Shown here piece after piece: positions 61,037-63,455 of a stretch of DNA of 63,455 nt (within the stretch, counting starts at the first letter, position 1; each line of letters begins with the position of its first letter). The translations under genes and the position numbers were made by a program. Under the pieces are notes generated by a model. It was given only the letters and a program-made list of their open reading frames with translations, made no database searches and had not been told where the DNA came from. The stretch spans positions 1-63,455 of the forward strand of contig JBGATS010000005.1 in assembly GCA_044229075.1 (NCBI GenBank), written 5' to 3'. This DNA is from Minisyncoccia bacterium (GTDB lineage Bacteria; Patescibacteriota; Minisyncoccia; Phycocordibacterales; UBA1006).

Positions 61037-61672
61037 ATGAAATTTCCAAAAGTAACACAATTGGCAGCAAGCACTGCAGATCAAGAACTAAAAGCGGAAC
61101 TTGATCAATTGCTTAAACTTGCAGCAGACGTAGTCGCAAAAATCATTGAAGTCATTGGTAAGATTTTCATCAAAACAAATACCGTTATCAATGGCACACA
61201 ACTTGCCGAAGGCAGTAGTACTATTGAACGTCAATTGGAAAACTTCAAAGAAGTTGCCAAAGCACGTGGCATCACGAATGTTTGGACTGGTGATAACATC
61301 ACCAGATGGTTCCCAAACGAAAAGGTTTCAAAAACCATTGCTGGGCCCAGCCGATTATTACGTTTTATGAAAAGTATTACACACGCAAAAATCATTGACG
61401 GCTGCAAGCAGTTAAATGCTTACCAGGAATATGATTTGAGTGATGGAATCGAGCGTGCAACTGCATTGGTAGTTGCGGGTGAATTAGATAAAAAAGATAA
61501 TACAGGCATTATTATTTATCTGACAAACTGCAAAGACGGCACTCCGTGCAGGCTGGGCGTGTGGCGTTACGGTGACGGTGAGTTGCGCCTCGGTGTTAGC
61601 AAGGTCAATCCAGACTATGAGTGGAACGCTGGTTACGGTGTTCTGTGCAGCAACGAAAACTTGGATGTATAA
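61037..61672 (+). CDS. DGR target (variable) protein
   Basis: The 3' end contains the VR matching the TR at 61971. VR-encoded CRLGVWRYGDGELRLGVSKVNPDYEWNAGYGVLCS is consistent with a C-type-lectin-like DGR display fold (fold inferred). Confidence 0.92.
   Translation: MKFPKVTQLAASTADQELKAELDQLLKLAADVVAKIIEVIGKIFIKTNTVINGTQLAEGSSTIERQLENFKEVAKARGITNVWTGDNITRWFPNEKVSKTIAGPSRLLRFMKSITHAKIIDGCKQLNAYQEYDLSDGIERATALVVAGELDKKDNTGIIIYLTNCKDGTPCRLGVWRYGDGELRLGVSKVNPDYEWNAGYGVLCSNENLDV
61545..61654 (+). repeat. DGR variable repeat (VR)
   Basis: 97/110 identical to the TR; all 13 differences are at TR adenines (8 A>G, 3 A>T, 2 A>C). Confidence 0.97.
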
Positions 61673-61684
61673 TCCTTTGTATTG

Positions 61685-61728
61685 GACCCTTTGTAGCTTT
61701 GATTCTTGAATCTCGGCTGCAAAGGGTC
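61685..61728. other. Post-VR hairpin/cruciform (candidate retrohoming recognition element)
   Basis: GACCCTTTGTAGC...GCTGCAAAGGGTC (12/13) enclosing the inner palindrome GATTC-tt-GAATC, 30 bp after the VR. Confidence 0.65.
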
Positions 61729-61735
61729 TTATTTT

Positions 61736-61744
61736 TGTTATAAT
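61736..61744 (+). promoter_or_regulatory. Extended -10 promoter, candidate start of the TR/DGR RNA
   Basis: TG-T-TATAAT right after the post-VR hairpin, about 225 nt upstream of the TR. Confidence 0.5.
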
Positions 61745-61970
61745 GAATGTACGAATGAATACGAAATCGGCTACGGCTTGTTTCTTCATCGTAGGAGTTG
61801 TCACGAACGGAATGTAAACAGGGTTTCTATTTACAGTGTTTCAAGACAAAGCTTGATATAAAAAATTTTTGTTGGTGGATGGAATTAGAGAATTTTAATG
61901 ATTCCGAATAAGATACAGTCATTTTCGTGTATACGAAAGACAGTGACAAGGACGGTTTCATCCACAAGAT

Positions 61971-62080
61971 CGTGCAGGCTGAACGTGTGGCGTAACGATG
62001 ACGGTAAGTTGAACCTCAATGTTAACAAGGTCAATCCAGACAATGAGTGGAACGCTGGTAACGGTGTTCTGTGCAGAAAC
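61971..62080 (+). repeat. DGR template repeat (TR)
   Basis: AAC/AAT-rich copy of the VR (32 A in 110 nt) lying between the target gene and avd/RT. Confidence 0.97.
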
Positions 62081-62089
62081 ACAAATTTT

Positions 62090-62114
62090 CTCTCCTATTT
62101 TTTATATAGGAGAG
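62090..62114. other. Hairpin immediately 3' of the TR, overlapping the avd stop
   Basis: CTCTCCTAT-N7-ATAGGAGAG followed by TTTTT. Confidence 0.55.
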
Positions 62115-62458
62115 TTTTTCGTTTCCAGTGTTTTTTCAATTCCTTTTTTCCATCCGCCCAACATTCGTCCAATTTCGTCCAGATCAGCAGAGATTTTTAT
62201 ATACTGATTGTTTGCCATGATTTTTCCTTCCCATGCGACAGATAGTAGAAACTTTACCATATCCAATTGTCCTGTTGCACGCACGATGGTATTTATTTTC
62301 TCAGTTGGGTTTTGATATGTCGCTTGATACACATAGGCAAGCATGTTCAAGAAATGTTGATCGATATTATTGCCCAGTGTGTATCGTGATGTTTTCGGAA
62401 AATTTTTCAAAATCTCCATCCATGCAATATAAGCGATTTTAGATTTTGGTAAAATCAC
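62102..62458 (-). CDS. avd: DGR accessory variability determinant (Avd-like four-helix bundle)
   Basis: FPKTSRYTLGNNID...LDMVKFLLSVAWE...LDEIGRMLGGW is the bAvd/four-helix-bundle signature; located between TR and RT on the opposite strand. Confidence 0.88.
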   Translation of the reverse strand: MILPKSKIAYIAWMEILKNFPKTSRYTLGNNIDQHFLNMLAYVYQATYQNPTEKINTIVRATGQLDMVKFLLSVAWEGKIMANNQYIKISADLDEIGRMLGGWKKGIEKTLETKNSPI

Positions 62459-62471
62459 TGGTAATTTCGCC

Positions 62472-62482
62472 GGGGGGGGGGG
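62472..62482. repeat. G11 homopolymer between the avd and RT starts
   Basis: Eleven consecutive G in a low-GC region. Confidence 0.9.
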
Positions 62483-62495
62483 TACTATTATTGGA

Positions 62496-63455
62496 ATGAA
62501 AAAAATTTTGAGTCATGTATACCAAGATATCATATCAATGGAAAATTTGCTTGCCGCATGGCAGGAATTTAAAAATGGAAAACGCAGTAAGCCAGATGTT
62601 GCAGAATTTGAGCGAAATTTAATGGATAACCTATTTGATCTACAGGAACAATTATTGAATTATTCATATCAACACAGCGGATATAAAGCGTTCAGAATTA
62701 ACGACCCAAAACCTCGTGACATTCATAAAGCATTAGTGCGTGATCGGTTAATGCACCATACTATCTATCGGCAATTCTATTGGTTTTTTGATCGAACATT
62801 TATTTACGACTCGTATTCATGCAGAATTGGTAAGGGAACTCATAAAGCAATCAATCGTTTCAAGGAATTTTCCAGAAAATGTTCGCGTAATAATACTCGG
62901 ACTTGTTGGGTTCTGAAATGCGATATCAAAAAATTCTTTGCAAGTATTGATCATGAAATACTCAAGCAGATTTTGCGGAGCCATATTGATGACAGTGATA
63001 CGATTGGATTATTGGAAAATATTATTGATAGTTTTTGTACAAGTGGCAACCCACATAGTGGTTTGCCACTTGGTAATCTGACTTCTCAATTGCTCGTAAA
63101 TATTTACATGAACAAGTTTGATCAATTTGTAAAACATCAACTGAAACAAAAATACTATATTCGGTATGCAGATGATTTCGTATTTCTTGCAGAGAGTAAA
63201 AATGAATTAGAGAAATTATTGCCGTTGATACGGAAATTTTTATGGAAATCGTTACGACTAGAATTACACCCTGAAAAGGTGTTCATCAGAACAGTTGCAT
63301 CAGGGGTAGACTTTTTAGGGTGGGTACATTTTGAGAAGCATAGAGTATTGCGGATGAGTACAAAACGTCGTATGATTCGTAATTTAAAGGACACTCAAGA
63401 ACTAGAGTCCATAATAGCATATAGAGGGATGTTGTCTCATGGGAATACGTGGAAA
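62496..63455 (+). CDS. DGR reverse transcriptase, partial (runs off the right edge)
   Basis: Open frame from ATG 62496 (MKKILSHVYQDIISMENLLAAW) with KPRDIHKA..RDR, SYSCRIGKGTH, CDIKKFFASIDH, GLPLGNLTSQ (63060), YADD (63165-63176) and GVDFLGW. Absent from the ORF track because no stop lies in the window. Confidence 0.96.
   Translation, partial: MKKILSHVYQDIISMENLLAAWQEFKNGKRSKPDVAEFERNLMDNLFDLQEQLLNYSYQHSGYKAFRINDPKPRDIHKALVRDRLMHHTIYRQFYWFFDRTFIYDSYSCRIGKGTHKAINRFKEFSRKCSRNNTRTCWVLKCDIKKFFASIDHEILKQILRSHIDDSDTIGLLENIIDSFCTSGNPHSGLPLGNLTSQLLVNIYMNKFDQFVKHQLKQKYYIRYADDFVFLAESKNELEKLLPLIRKFLWKSLRLELHPEKVFIRTVASGVDFLGWVHFEKHRVLRMSTKRRMIRNLKDTQELESIIAYRGMLSHGNTWK

Noticed and set aside
61898-62245. 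115-aa ORF spanning the TR
   Set aside because: It is the TR read in the VR frame, continuing into the avd antisense strand. TRs are non-coding templates and the rest of the ORF is the mirror of avd.
63155-63394. 79-aa minus-strand ORF (also 62019-62207, 62233-62442, 61484-61804, 61885-62082)
   Set aside because: Antisense or alternate-frame shadows of RT, avd, TR and the target gene.
62496-63455. Group II intron or retron interpretation of the RT
   Set aside because: The adjacent A-only TR/VR pair and Avd, and the GLPLGNLTSQ motif, indicate a DGR RT. No intron or msr/msd features were seen.
1-63455. Alternative genetic code (TGA=Gly, as in Gracilibacteria)
   Set aside because: Conserved genes translate to full length under code 11, and TGA ends genes at expected positions (e.g. 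rnhB at 14004, target gene at 54157).

Overview
This window looks like part of a Patescibacteria (CPR), probably Parcubacteria-type, chromosome read with genetic code 11. The taxonomy is inferred from gene content: comF-pilMNO, a NusB-NUDIX fusion, single-chain GlyRS, compact rpoB/rpoC, and starts lacking an obvious Shine-Dalgarno. The housekeeping backbone is dnaE, rnhB, rpmF, nusB, rnc, mnmA, uvrB, glyQS, dcd, rpoBC, dnaG, rpoD, tsf, rpsB, proS, mreBC, tgt and three tRNAs. It is interleaved with AT-rich single-gene cassettes, and a phage/ICE-like DNA-methylase module sits at the left edge. Main points: (1) A diversity-generating retroelement (DGR) lies at the right end. Its target gene 61037-61672 has a VR (61545-61654) that differs from the TR (61971-62080) at 13 of 110 positions, all TR adenines. 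avd is inverted between the TR and the RT, and a G11 tract puts its likely true start one base out of frame. The RT (62496 to the window end) is missing from the ORF track. (2) A second DGR-type target gene (53438-54157) has a VR-like 3' end that does not match the local TR, implying a second TR or DGR elsewhere. (3) A 4082-aa surface protein has about 16 DUF11-like repeats, 5 SdrD-B-like repeats, a 7-bladed FG-GAP propeller, a peptidoglycan-binding-like domain and its own C-terminal sortase domain with His/Cys/Arg intact. (4) A palindromic MITE-like in-frame insertion sits in uvrB, and tRNA-Thr-derived repeats carry a hairpin insertion. Protein family calls come from motif recognition only; no database search was run.
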